Part shown: one piece after another, positions 34,828-48,300 of the stretch | Numbering within the stretch: position 1 is the stretch's first letter | Layout of the letters: every line of letters starts with the position of its first letter | From: Patescibacteria group bacterium | GTDB taxonomy: Bacteria; Patescibacteriota; UBA1384; 2-12-FULL-50-11 | NCBI GenBank assembly: GCA_022843855.1 | Contig: JALHMV010000003.1 | Coordinates: 6,560 to 70,559, forward strand | Reading direction: 5' to 3' | DNA length: 64,000 nt | Program-made: the position numbers and the translations under genes | The notes under the pieces: model-generated | The model's database searches: none | What the model was told of the DNA's origin: nothing | Seen by the model: only the letters and a program-made list of their open reading frames with translations

Positions 34828-36383
34828 ACATCGGAGAACTTCTTTTCAATACAGCCAAAAAGGCGAAGCCCGTCAGCGATATGAAATATCGGCCGCAGCT
34901 CGACGAAGGGATGGCGGAGCAGCTCGGCGAGGTCCTGCACCGGCCCGGCATCGACCAGGCGGCACGCCGGATGGTCGGCGAGGCGATGGACGGCGGTGGC
35001 CACAGGCCGCGCTTCTTCGAAGCTCCTCCCGAAATGACGGATCAGACGATGACGATGGGCGGCACCGAGGGGGATCAGTTCGCCGCTCAGCCTCAGCAGG
35101 ATCCGCGAGCGGCAGCAATGTTTCAGCAGCAGACGATCGGCAACACCGACCCGGCCGCGATGATGATGCTCGGGCAGTCGCCGGAAGGTGCCGGACCGTC
35201 CACGTTGCCGGGCGGAGCGATGTCGGGCGGCGATCTTCCGATCGATCAGATTCAGCAGTACCTTGCCAACAACCCGGAAGGCACCGGTTCGCAGGGCGAG
35301 GTTGATATGTACAGCAGGCGGCGGGAAATGTCGCCACTCGAAGCTGCCAGAAACCGCTACGAAACGACGCCTCCGGCACCGCGGGAAAGATCGGTAATGA
35401 ACCGTATCGGTTCCGGACTCTGGAACGCGTTCCGGATGTGGGGCGAGAACGGCGGGCAGGGCGGACTTGCCGGCCTCGCGGGAGCTGCCGCGACGGGAGC
35501 GGGAGCGTTCGGCCTCAAGCCCGAAATGCACCAGCGATTCAAATCCCAGCAGTACAAGGATCGGGCTCTCGGTGAGTATCAGCAGGAAATGGAGAAAGAG
35601 AAGGCCCGGCAAGGCGTCACGCAGGAAGGGCTCAAAAGCCAGCAAGCTCTCTACGACCTAGCGAAGCCCGAGATCGACATGCTGGCCGGCAAAGGCTATT
35701 TGGACGACGCGGACCTGAACCATATCTCGCAGAAGTACGGGATAGATCTGCGCGACCCGAACAACCCGCGTTTCGTCGAAATCGACGGACCGGGCGGCAA
35801 GCGACTGATCCGCCTCCAGAACGAAGCCGAGTACGGAGTCAATACCAGCGTCGGCATCGACCCGCTAAAACAAGAGCATGACGTCGAAGTACCGGGAAGC
35901 CCGGGCAAGTACGTGCCGGCACTTCCGAAGGATGTTCTCGGCACCGCAGTCGGTGTCGCTCAGGCGAATGCCGGCAGGACCGAACGGGCGGAAACCCGCG
36001 AGGAGCGTGCGGCGGAACGAGCACAGGACCAGGCGGCGAAGACACGCGGAGCAATTGGTGAGGCCGATGCTCAGATCGCAAAAGCTTCGAGCGAGTTGAC
36101 CGACCTTTCAGTTGCTCGGCAACGCGATATCGACCAAGGGCTTGACGTCAGCGACTACGATCGGCGGATCGCTGCTCTCAAGGGTGAGATTGCCGCGGCT
36201 CAGACCAGGAAGCGGAACGCAGAGAAAGAAGCGAGCAAACCCCAAGGCGGAGCGGCCCAGCGGCGGGCGGGCGGCACGTTCAGCGAAGCCGAGGCCCGGC
36301 GCTACTACCAGAACCGCGGGATGAGCCCTGAAGCCGTCGAATCGGCGGTCGCAAAAGCTAAGCAAAATGGCGTGATCAAGTAA
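34824..36383 (+). CDS. low-complexity Gly/Gln/Ala-rich protein, internal virion protein candidate
   Basis: Composition. ATGA coupling upstream. Stop is 2 nt before the giant gene start. Confidence 0.4.
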   Translation: MNIGELLFNTAKKAKPVSDMKYRPQLDEGMAEQLGEVLHRPGIDQAARRMVGEAMDGGGHRPRFFEAPPEMTDQTMTMGGTEGDQFAAQPQQDPRAAAMFQQQTIGNTDPAAMMMLGQSPEGAGPSTLPGGAMSGGDLPIDQIQQYLANNPEGTGSQGEVDMYSRRREMSPLEAARNRYETTPPAPRERSVMNRIGSGLWNAFRMWGENGGQGGLAGLAGAAATGAGAFGLKPEMHQRFKSQQYKDRALGEYQQEMEKEKARQGVTQEGLKSQQALYDLAKPEIDMLAGKGYLDDADLNHISQKYGIDLRDPNNPRFVEIDGPGGKRLIRLQNEAEYGVNTSVGIDPLKQEHDVEVPGSPGKYVPALPKDVLGTAVGVAQANAGRTERAETREERAAERAQDQAAKTRGAIGEADAQIAKASSELTDLSVARQRDIDQGLDVSDYDRRIAALKGEIAAAQTRKRNAEKEASKPQGGAAQRRAGGTFSEAEARRYYQNRGMSPEAVESAVAKAKQNGVIK

Positions 36384-36385
36384 TC

Positions 36386-39300
36386 ATGGAACGAGAAACC
36401 GACTTTTCTGCTCTCGACGCGTTTGCGGATGATCCCGAGTCTCAACAGACTCAGGATTTTTCCGCTTTAGATGCCTTCGCAGACACTCCAAAAGCCGCCA
36501 AGCCAAAACCGAGGGCTCAGCGGCCCAAGCGAACCGCGTCGGCACCGGCAAATAAAGAAGCCGAGCGTCGCCAACGCGTGCTCGACCGGCTGCGTGGCCT
36601 CAAGCTCGACATGGAGGACGATGTCTTCGACGACTTCGATATGGTCACGAAGCACGAGTCCGGGCGCAGGCATTTTGACGACGCCGGCCGCGTGATCAGG
36701 GGCGTCCCGACCAAGTCCGGTGAGCGGGCGATCGGTTTCTCGCAGGTGATGCCGTCCACGGCAAAGAAATGGCAGAAGCACGGCCTCAACCCCGACGACG
36801 AGATCGACAATATCGCCATCGGGGCTCTGGAGTTCCGCAGCGGTTCCGATGACCCGATCGGTCGTCGCCTGGCCTACGTCGGCGGACCGAAGTCCCGGGC
36901 GCTCAAATACTACAAAAAGCACGGCGAGGTGCCGGATTGGAAGATGTACTCCTATCTTCCGAACAACAAGGAAACATTCCGGCACTACGTCGACCGGACG
37001 GGTGGATTCAAGGATCTGCGGCGGCTCGACGAGGTCGCAGGCGGCATTACCCGCGATCCGGTGTCCGGAGCTCCGCAGGTGGACTTCAAGGTCGGCGGTC
37101 CGACTGCTCCGATCGCGCACCGGCCGGAGGATATTGCTGCGTTCGATGCCAAGTTCCGGAAGGGCAAGCCGCCGAGGCAGCCAGCTCTTCAGCCGGGCGT
37201 GGAGGGTGCAGAAGACCCCAACGTCGATCAGTTCGGCAAACCGTTCAAATACGAGTGGCAAAAGACGGGCGATGTCGGCAACGGGCTGAAGTACGCCGGC
37301 GAGATCGACGGCCGCTATTTCGCCAAGAACGAGGACGGCGATACTTACGAGCTGGACGAAAAGACGAAGCAGTTCAAGCCGACCGCTCCGACAAAGCGGG
37401 CATACGATGCCGAGGGCAACGAGTACCAGCTCGACGCAAACCAGGACAACGTGCCCGAGGGCCACGTCCGCAGGCTGCGCGACGGCAAACCGTTCGTGTT
37501 CTCGCCGGACGGCACGATCCGCGAGGAGGGCGTTCCCGAGCTGCCACCGTGGGTGGCCGGCAAGACCCCGCCAAAAAGTGAGCTGCCTCCTGATCCGATG
37601 CTTCGCAAAGCGTATCAGACGCGATTGGAGCAGGGTTTTACCGATTCCGAAGAGCTGCGGCAGAAGTTCATTGAAGGCTGGGCCGCGGTCCAGGCCGGTA
37701 AGCAGCAAAGGATCTTCACGGACGAGGAGATCAAGCAGATCGAGGCCCTTGAGCTCTACGCGGCGAACAATGCCCAACAAGGCATCGTTCCGCAGGTGCA
37801 GGAAACGCCGACACGAGCGCGCCGGGCCCCGCGAAGCACGACCGCAGGACCGTCAACCGAGGGGATCGGCACGTTCTACGCCGACGTTGACCCGGCAACC
37901 GCTCCGCTCGGCTCCGATCCACGGCAGCACGTGTTCGAACAAGCGGTCCGTCAGCTCGGCAATGAGCTGTACGGCCGGCCGCTCGACAAGGTCGAGGTTC
38001 AGGCCGCTATCGAGTTCCAGAAGCGGCGAGGCGGCGACTTCGTCTATCTGACCGAGGGCGGCAAGGCTACCAACGTGCCGACCGAACCGACCAAGGGGCG
38101 TTATCAGATCACAGCGGAGCGTGCGGCCGAGATCCGCGACTTCCTCAAATTCAACCAACCGCTGCTGGAGCGGACGCGCGACGACGCGATCGCCAAGTTC
38201 ATCGCGAGCACGTTCGAGATCGACGATGCGAAGATCGCCGAATTTGCCGAAATGGGCATCAACGCAGACCGGCTCCGGGCGGCTCTCGAAAGTGACCCGA
38301 AGTTCGCCGACGCACGCAAGAAGCGACTTGAGAACGAGCAGTTCATCAAGGACTACGTCGCCAAGCAAACGACCGGGGCGAACGCGACCGCGGACAGTGC
38401 CGCGAACCAGACCGGACGCGTCCTCGAAATGCTTCGCAGCAAGGATCCCGCGGAAAACCGGCTCGGGCAGCAAGCTCTCGAGAATCTTTCCCGGCGATCA
38501 CCGAACATCGCCTACGTCGAAGCACTCGCCAACCTCGGCATCGTCCCGCGTGACGTGCTCGACAAGGCCAAGGAAGCCGAGCAAAGCGAGCTGATCAACG
38601 CCATCGCCAGTCTCAACGACCCGAGCTGGTACAAACGACTTCTCAACGACGTCCAGGACGGCGGCACCGGGTTCTATGAATTCGTCGTCGGCCCGTTCAA
38701 GCGGGCAGACCGGATCAAGGCCGCGAGGGAGCAGGCCCGGCCCGGCAAGGACGGCAAGCCATCGAACGCCGGCATCCTCCTGCCGATGGTCTATTCGGCA
38801 TGGGAAGGCCCGCCAGAGCTCCGTGGCGTGAACAGCCCGGAAGCCCAGAAGCGGCGGCGAGAAGCGATCGGCGATTCGCTGCGGTCGATGCAGGCTGAAT
38901 TCGGATCGATCGGCGAATTCCACAAGTTCATGGAAGCCAATGCCGGCGAGGAAGCGAACATCGGCCGGCAGTTGAAATTCTTCGGCTCGAACGTGCTCAA
39001 GAACATCGCCAGCTTCGGCAAGTCCGCGGCGGTGATAGATTCGGCAGCCGAAGATCTCGAAGTGCTCGGCATCAAAGTGCCGAAGGACTACATGCCGACC
39101 GTGCGGAATGCGATGAACGTCGTCGTCGCTCTTCGGAACGTGATGGCATCCGGCTCGGGGGTGATGCGGCCGTCCGACATCCTGACCCGCGACATCGAAG
39201 GGGCTCAGGACGATCCGCGGAATGCTCGTCTCTGGCAGTATGCCCGCTGGCTGGAGGAGTTTGCCGGCGATGACCGGTATCTGCAGCACACGTTCTCCGG

Positions 39301-42300
39301 CGAGGTCAATCAGGGCTTAGCGTCCGGTGTCGTCTTCCTCGGGGCAGGTTTTGCTCTCAAGAAGTTCAAGTACGCGATCCCTGCACTCGGCGCCGGAATG
39401 GAGATCGGCAACACGTTCGAGGAAATGGTCAAAGCGGGCATTCCCGTCGAACAGGCCAAGAATTGGGCGGTCCTCGTCGGTGCCGGCTCCGGCTACATGG
39501 AGAAGTTCGGATTGGGCGGCACGGCAAACCGTATGCTGGCCCGGCTCGGCACCGAGCTCTCCGATGAATCGGTCAAGACGCTTTCCCGGTCGATGGTCGA
39601 GTTCGCCAAAGCGGCCGGCCGCGGAGCTGCACAGGGCATCGCTCGCGAAATGCCCGAGGAAGCGATCCAAGAGTGGGCTCAGTCTTCGTTCGTGGATGCT
39701 GCGGTCAAGGCCATTGCCGCTCAAAACCCGAGCGAAGGCCGCCTGATCCTCAATTTTCTCGACGAGCTGCCAAAGGCGATCGCCGAGAACTTCCATTCTG
39801 CCGTGATCGGCGGCGCGACGGGCGGCATCCTCGGCGGCGGAACGCAGACGGTCGGCTCTGTGATCGGCGAGGGCATCCGTCAAAGCCGGATGCCGGGCGA
39901 ACAGCCGGAAGCGGAAGCAGAGATCCCGGAAGGCGAGCTCCGCACGCCACAGGCGGCCGAGGATGCGGGCGAATCCGCCATTCTCGAAAAGTTCGGCGAC
40001 CGGACCGGCCAGGCGACGGTCCGCGGGCTTGATATGGGCGGGCGAGATACGGCCGCATTGGACGATATTGCCAACGAGGTCGCTCCGGGAACCGTTCAGA
40101 CGCCTCAACAGGCGGCCACAGAGCCCGCTGGAGGCGTTCAAACGCCTGAAGGCACCCAAACACCCCCGGCAACGCCTCCAACGCAGCCAGCGGGGCAGGC
40201 AAAACCAAAAACAAGGCTTCCTCGCAACGTCATAGGCAAGGAAGTCGAGATCGAAGGCAAAGGCACCGGCCGCATCGTCGCAATTCGGCAGGGCAAGTTC
40301 GTCGTCGATTACGATTACCGCGGCAGACCGGGCGAAGAGTTCTACCATCGGCAGGACTTCTTCACGCCGGAGCAGCTCGCGATCGGCGGCACCAGCCTGA
40401 CCGAGTACAAGCCGCCGAAAGCTCCGAAGCAGACGACATCGGCACGGCAGCCGACGCAATTCGGTGCCGAGGACTTCGGGGGAGAGATCATCGAACGCGT
40501 TCCGCAGCCGGGGCAGGCCGGACAGCCGGCACAGCCTGCCGGACAGCCGACGACCGCCGAGGTCGTGCGGAAGATCCGCACCGGGCGGGCAGCTTCCGGA
40601 AAGGGTGCCGCGATCCAGAAATTCACGCCGACCGAGGACATGCCGATCGATACGGTCTATACCTCGACCAACGACAAGTACGATGTGGTCCCGGTCGTGA
40701 TCAGCCGCGACGACATCATCGGTTCGTGGGAGGAAGGTTATCCGGAGCTGCTTCAGCCGCGTGACCGTGACTCCATCGCCTCGGACGCTCAGGCCGATGA
40801 GATAGCACGCAACCTGATCCCGGCGAAGCTCGGCGACAACGTCAACGCCGGCGACGGCAGAATGCTCGTCGTTCCGGTCGAGGTCGACGGAAAGATCAAG
40901 TACGCATTGATCACCGGCAACGGCCGGACGCTGGCGCTCGACCTCGCCCGCGAACGCTACCCGGAGCGTTTCGAGGAGTACCAGGGATTCGCGAAATCAA
41001 AGGACCCGAGCGTTCAGGGCGACAACCTGATGTATGTCGGGATCCTCGACAACACAAAGCTCGAAGACGGCGACCTGCGGCAGATCGCAGTAGATGCCAA
41101 CAAATCGACAGTTGCGGCGATGAGCCCGGTCGAGCAGGCCAAGGTCGATTCGGAAACACTCGACTCCTCGCTGATGCAGAAGTTCGTCGTCAACGACGCA
41201 GGCGACATCGACACCGCAGGGAACCGCGAATTCATTGCGGACACTCGTCAGGACGACGACCAGGACGAGGCTCTTTCCGATGGAGAGCGGAAGCACATCG
41301 ACAAGCTGATCGAACAGGGCTTTACTGCAACGACCGGCAGGATGACGCCGAACGGGCAACAGTGGTTCCTCCTCGACACGAAAACGGGATCGCAAGAGCA
41401 GATCAGCCGAGCCGGCCGCGACTACGCTTATGAAAAACTCGGAACGCCGGACAAGCAGGGTTTGCGATCCGGGCCGATGTTCGACGAGCCGATCGAAATG
41501 CGTGGCGATACGCCGTCCGACGACGACCTCGGCAAGATGTTCGACGATCTGGTGCCGGAGGAAGATTCTGCCCCGTCGCTGTTTGACGCGGAAGTGAAGG
41601 CGGCGGACGCAGATAAGGCACGCATTGCCCGTCTGCCGGATGATGAGTTTCGCAAGGAGCTCGATAAGATCAGCCCCGAGGCCCTCGACAAACACGCCGA
41701 TCGATCGAACGGCGGACGCGACATTTCGTTTACGACCGCCGACTCGCCGGCGACCGAACTTTCCGGCCGAGGCAGGATCATCGGTGAGGCGATATCGAAC
41801 AATGAGAGTGTGTTCAAGGTTCGCCATTACGATCAATCGAAGGGCGAATGGCTTACCGCCTATGTTGCCGAAGCGGATGTTGACGAATGGCTGCCGGACG
41901 GCACGCTGAACGAATTCCTTGCCGCAAACCCGGACTCGGCGATCACGAAGGTGGGATTGCAGAACGGCCCGCTGCCCGAGCCAGAGCGGACGCCGGAAAC
42001 AGTCAAAAAGGCACTCGCACAAACCAAGCGGCAGATCAAAAAACTTGAGAACGCCGACGAGGTTGACGAGAACGCTCTGGCCGCAGCAGAGCAGCAGCTT
42101 GACAGCCTAGAAGCCGAGCTTGCAGCAATGGCGACGACAACCGCTCCTAAGCCCGAAGACCTCAAGGCCAAATATCCTGTTGGCCGCAAGCTGCTTCATC
42201 GCACGGGCGGTAAGCCATGGAAAGTTACGGGCCATCAATCGGATTTCGGTAAGTCAGGCCAGATTGGCATCAGGCTCGAACGCGGAACGGACAGGACGAT

Positions 42301-45300
42301 CATGTCCGTCGCCGATCTGGAGAAAAAGTTCAAAACAGAAAAGCCGACCGAATCGAATCGCCGGACCGCTGAGGACCTGTTCAGCGACACGGCCGCGACA
42401 ATCGGCGACCTGTTTGATACGCTCCAGACCTTCGAGATCGACCCGGACGCGACGGCAGGGCAGTTGGAGGAGATCGAGAAGATCAAACCCCAGGTGAACG
42501 CTATCAAGGGCCAGAGCAAGGCGGCAAAGGCCCAGCGGGAGCCGCTGCGTGCGAGGATCCGCGAACTGCAAGCCGAAATCACGTCCTACATGGACTCGCA
42601 GGAAACGGCATGGGTGCAGTTCACGGAGGACGTGCTTCAACAGCTCGTCAAGGCTGCCCAACAGTACAAACTGCTGGAGCAGCCTACGGACGAGAACATT
42701 CATTCGCTGTATGACGTCATCGAACGCCTGACCGACCCGCGATTCTTCGACGGCATCAACATGGATGTGCTGCTAGAGGATCACGTGGACGATCTTCTCG
42801 GCGAAGCATTCGATACGATACAACGGATAAAACGTACGTTCGTAACGGCTCCGCAAACGTCCGACACGACGCGGGCTCTGACCGCCGATCCCGAAAACCG
42901 CAGCCTGACTGACACGCCGGAAAAGCGGGCAGCAATGAGCCGGGCGTACCTCGCGGCCTACGCTGAAGATTCCGAGGAAACGTGGGGCGGGCCGATGGAT
43001 TGGGCCGCGGTCGACCAGCTGATGACGATGCCGCGAGAGGAATACGGCCTGGTCGGTGTTATCGAGCGATTCATGACGGATCCCGCCGTCGCACCGATAC
43101 TCGCCGAGCTCGAGCGGTCCGCAGGCGTGAGCGATGCGGAGATCGAAATACTCAAAGACTTTGGAGGAATTTATGGACTTGACCCGGACATCATCGAAGA
43201 CATCATCGGCGAGATCCTCGAAATCGCCCGAGATAGGGGAGAAACGGATGGAGGAGCTGCGGACACGCTTCCCGAACCTGACGGATCAGGCGCACCGGAT
43301 AGCGATCAAGGCAGCGAAACGAGCATCTTCAAGGAAGAACCGGAAGGCGAAGTCGGCAACCCCGACACGTCCGGCCTCTTTGCCGAGCAAGAAAAGCAAG
43401 AAGACGAAGAGCTGAGCAAGGAAGCCGAGGCAGAACGGCAGGCCGAACGCGAACGGCACCGCGATTTCCGGAATTCGGTGGCGGCTCAGGTCCCGGCATT
43501 GGACGATGTGCTTGCTTTTGAGAACCCGTTCTATAACGCAGGCAAGTTTCCAAAGAAAAAAGGGCAGGGATACGCCTCGAATGAAGAAGCATTGGCGGCG
43601 GAACGCGCAGAACTTGAGCGGCTGACAAATCGCTATAACGCGAATTTGGCCGATCTGAAAAATCCGGAAGCGACCGAGGAGCTTGATCAGTACCTCTGGA
43701 ACAGCGCACCGGTCAACATGAAGCTCGTCCTGACCCATATCGGATGGGCGAAGGCGAACATCAACGAGCTCGAAAAGGCACTCGGCAACACGCCTCCGTT
43801 CAAGGCCGGAAAGCAAAAATTCGATTGGTATTTCCCCTCGAAGGAAGAGGTGCGTGAGACGGACCAGGCGGACAATGCCGCGACGCCGGAGGCACAACCA
43901 CCGTCGCTCGAAGCGCTCCGCGGCGCCGAGCAGACCGACCTGTTCGGCCTCGAAGCCGACAACACCGGTCTGTTCGCTCAGGACGGCCCGACCGCGATCG
44001 AGCCAAAGCAAGCCGAGGATAACTCCAAAGCGGCGATCAAGGAATCGCTGCTCAGTAAGGCAGAAACCGAAGCACGCCGGCAGGTCATTGAGACGTTCGG
44101 CGAGGAGATCGGGGAGCTGCTCTACGACACGCGGAACGACAAAGCGACGCCGAAGGCTTCCTCGGCCGCACAGGGCATTATTTCCCGCTGGTCGGGCGAA
44201 GACACGGACAGCGAGGCGGTCCAGCAGCTGATCGCCGATGCCGCGACCGCGATAGAGTGGATCCGCGAGGCCGAGCTCCGCGGTGCGAACCTAGACGAAT
44301 TCGTCCGGCAAGCCGCGATCGGCCGCGAGGGGCTGACGATAGCTCAACGGAAGATCTACGACCTGATCGCCTCGAACAAATTCGGGAGACAGGCCGACGA
44401 GCTGCTCCGAAATGCGAAAACCGCCTCAGAAGTTGCCGCAAATGTTGCCGAGATAGAGGGCGGTTTAGAGGACGGCAAGGTCACGCTCCAGCAGCTGATC
44501 GATGTTTACGGCTACACGCACAAATGGGAACAAAACAAAAAGCTTGAACCGGCGTTCCGCGGTGCCTATGTGATCGGACGGAACGATGATTTTGTTTACG
44601 TCGAGGAGGTCTATGCCGGCGAGGGCGATCTTCCGCCGATGGTGGATGTCGTAATTGAGCATGTTGGCGAGTTCAGTGAGTTCGAAGCACCGGGCGAATA
44701 CGTCGTCACGGAGGACGATTTTTATTACTACTTCGGCTTTGATGTTAGAATCCCGGAAGGAGCAAAGGTTTATGATGACTATTTCGAGCGAGATCTGGAA
44801 CCGGATAGCGAGGACGGAACCGATGATGTCGAAGTTCGGGAAGACGATGTTCCGACTGAGCGAACCGGAGATGCGGATAGCCTGCGAGAGAGCGATGCGA
44901 AGCCTCCGGGCCAAAGGATTGAACCCGGAAGTGAGCAGAGCCTTTTTGGAGATAGCTCCGCTCTGGAAGGAACACCAGGCGATAGCAATGTACGCGAGGA
45001 AGCAGCCGAGCGTCCCGATGCCGTCGATCGAGACGCTGGACGAGGCGATGGAGTATCTCAGGAAGGAATCTCCGATGATCAGCAAGCAGCAAGCGACGCT
45101 GGCGGAGAAGCTGTTCCGCGAACTGAAGTAGATCTCGGAGCCCTATTCGACGAGCTGGTGCCGCCTGCCGGCGAAGCCCCGACCACCAACCTTTTTGGCG
45201 AACAATCTCGCACCGAGCCGGTTTATCTCGGCAACCAAAAGAAAGTACGAAAAGCGATCGAAGCCGGGCACGGTTTCCTCGCAGTTGCACCGAGCGGCCT

Positions 45301-48300
45301 GAGCCGCGACGAGGTCGCAAAGTCTGACATCGCCATTGCGGCGGTCGGTGGGGCGATCAAGCATCTTGCTGACCGTGCTGCCGAACTCGGCCTGACCGAT
45401 AACACGCACACCATCTATCAAGTCTCAAACGAAAACGTCTGGGAATACGAGATCGAGGCCAACCGCAGTGCCGAATCTCGCGGCACGACGAAAAAGCAAA
45501 GGGCTGCGGCAAAGCAGACCTCAATCCCGAGAGGCTCAGTACCGATCACAAAGTATCGCGTCTATGACGCGAACGGCGTCGAGCAGGTGGGCAATATCGT
45601 TGATCCGGCGATCGCTCAAAGGCAGTTAGAGCACTATCCGGGCGGTCGCATTGAAGCCTACGACGGATACATCCTGAAAGAGTTTGCCGACAAGCTCACA
45701 TCTGCCAAAGAGTCGACCGGCAAAGGCATCGACGAGGCCATCAAGGGGCTCGGGAAGCTGTTCGATCCGAAGAAGTTCAAATCCTCGACCGTGCCGGCGT
45801 TCGACGATGAGACGTATCAGGCCGCTAAGCCACACTTCCTAGAGGCTTACAACCACTTCAAGGATGCCGCTCAAAACATCGGCGACGCGATGCGTCTGCT
45901 GATCGACCAGATGCGGGCCGAGGGCTACGATAACGAGACGCTGCGGCTGATGAAGCCGTATATCGTGCAGTTCGTCGCCGACATCCGCGACGGAGTGATC
46001 GGGCAGGACCTGACCACACCCGAGGACATCATTGATTCGGTTCCCGAGCCGGAATCGAAGGACGCAGCGGAACGCCTCGAACAGCAGAAGGCTGCCGAAG
46101 GTAAATCGGTCAAGATCGGCGACCTGGCCAACATTCAGGCGACCGTTCCGGTGCTCTTCAAGGAGCAGCACGAGGACGTTCGTTTCGTCGAAGATGCCCT
46201 ATTCGTCCGCGATGGCAACGGCGTGATGCTGACCAACGGCACCGGCACCGGCAAGACCTTCTCCGGGCTCGGAGTGGTCAAGCGAATGGCGATGCAGGGC
46301 AAGGACAATATCTTCATTGTCGTGCCGTCGCAGGAGATCGCGAACGCGTGGATCTCGGCCGCCACGAACTTTGGGCTGCAGGTCCGGCAGCTCGCGGACA
46401 CGCAAGACAACGGCGCTGAGGGCATCGTTATCACGACCTACGCGAACATGCAGCAGAACCCGTCGCTGATCAAGCGTCAATGGGACCTGATCGTGGCAGA
46501 CGAGGCTCATACGCTTTCGTCGAACAAGGACGGTAAGCCGACCGGGGCGTCGAAGGCGTTGCGGGCGATGACACTGCACAAACGCGGGAAAATGGACTAT
46601 TGGCGGCAGGCGACCATCAAGGAGGTCACCGAACGCGAACAGGCCGAAGCCCGGATCGAGGTCGTACGGGCTCTTCTCGAGCGCTACGAGGACGAAGGCC
46701 CGCAAATGGCCGATCGCGCGAAGGAGGCCCGCGAGGAGCTGCGTTCACTCGAAGATGCGGTCGCTACGCTGAACAAGCAGATCGAGAAGATCGGAAATGC
46801 CGCCGTAGCCGAGTGGGACCGGCGAATTGCCGACGAACCAAAGGGCAAGGCGTTGATGCTTTCGGCGACGCCGTTCGCTTATCGGAAATCGGTCGATTAC
46901 GCGGAAGGCTATTTGTTCGACTACGACGATGGAAAGGTCCCGGACGACCAGCTCGGACGGACGCGCCACTACAACGAGCCGAACAACCAAGAAGCGTTCA
47001 TGATCGAGCACTTCGGCTACCGGATGCGGTACAACAAGCTGACCGAACCCGGGCCGGAGGTAGATACGGACATCATGGAGCGGCAGTTCAACACGTGGCT
47101 GAAACAGCAGCGTGTCCTGAGCGGCCGTATGCTCGGCATCGACCAGGACTATTCCCGCGAGTTCCTGCTGATCAAAGAGGGCATTGGCCAGAAGATCGAC
47201 GACGGCCTGAAGTGGCTGCAGGAAGCCGAGGGCGGAAGGTTCCGGCCGCTTGCCGAGATCGTCAATAAGAGCTTCAGTTACCACAACCGGATGTTCCTGC
47301 TCGAAGCCATCAAGGCCAAGGCGGCGGTGCCGATCATTGACGCCCACGTCGAAGCCGGCCGCAAGGTCGTCGTCTTCCACAAGTTCAACGTCGGCGGCGG
47401 TTTCCATCCGTTCAAGCCGAAGGTGCCGAACGAAAAGACGCTGATCAGCGTCGGCGGCAAGACCATCGAGGTCAATCTGAAAGATCTCTACGCCGAATTC
47501 ACGCGAAAACGGCCGGACCTGATCGCTCTGCCATTCGAAGGGCTGGAATCGCCGATCGAGACTTTCGCCGAATCGTTCAAGGGTGGAGCCACGAGCCTGC
47601 AACACGTGCAGCTCAACGGTACGCAGTCGAAAAAAGCGAACCGCGAGTCGATGGCGATCTTCAACACGGATAACTCCGAGATCGATATCATCCTCGTCCA
47701 GGCCGACAAGGGGCAGGCGGGGATCAGCCTTCACGACACGACCGGCAAGCATCAGCGGGTAATGATCGACCTCGGGCTGCCGTCGCGTCCGGTCGAGGCC
47801 ATCCAGAAGGAAGGCCGCATCTACCGTCTCGGCACCAAGACCAACGCTCCGATGTTCTATTTCACGACCGGAACGCTATGGGAGGCGACCGCGTTCGCAC
47901 AGACCATGGCAGAACGCTCCTCGACCGCCGAGAACCTCTCGCTCGGCGAAGAGGCCCGAGCTCTCCGGCAGTCGATAATCGATTCGTTCCTCGAACCGCG
48001 GACCGATCCGATGCCGACCGAGCTGGACGGCGTCGGGGGCAAGGAGCGTGACCGGGCGGGGCAGCAGGCCATATCCGAATATGAGCGGGCGAAGACGTTC
48101 TTCTTCGGCCAGCAGAAGAAGACCTCAAAGACCAAATCGGCCGAGGGCGAGGACTACTATCCGACACCTGAACCGCTCGGCTTGAAGATGGTCGAGTTTG
48201 CCGATATCGCTGCTGGCCACAGCGTCCTCGAACCGAGTGCCGGCCACGGGGCGATCGCCCGCTTCCTGCCGCAGACCTCACGGAACACCGTGATCGAACC

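Noticed and set aside
44655-45131. 158-aa +1-frame ORF inside the giant gene that reads like a structured protein and has G-rich third positions
   Set aside because: Its third positions coincide with first positions of the giant frame's GAN/GGN/GCN codons in an acidic low-complexity stretch, which explains the bias without invoking a second gene. Kept only as a low-interest note.
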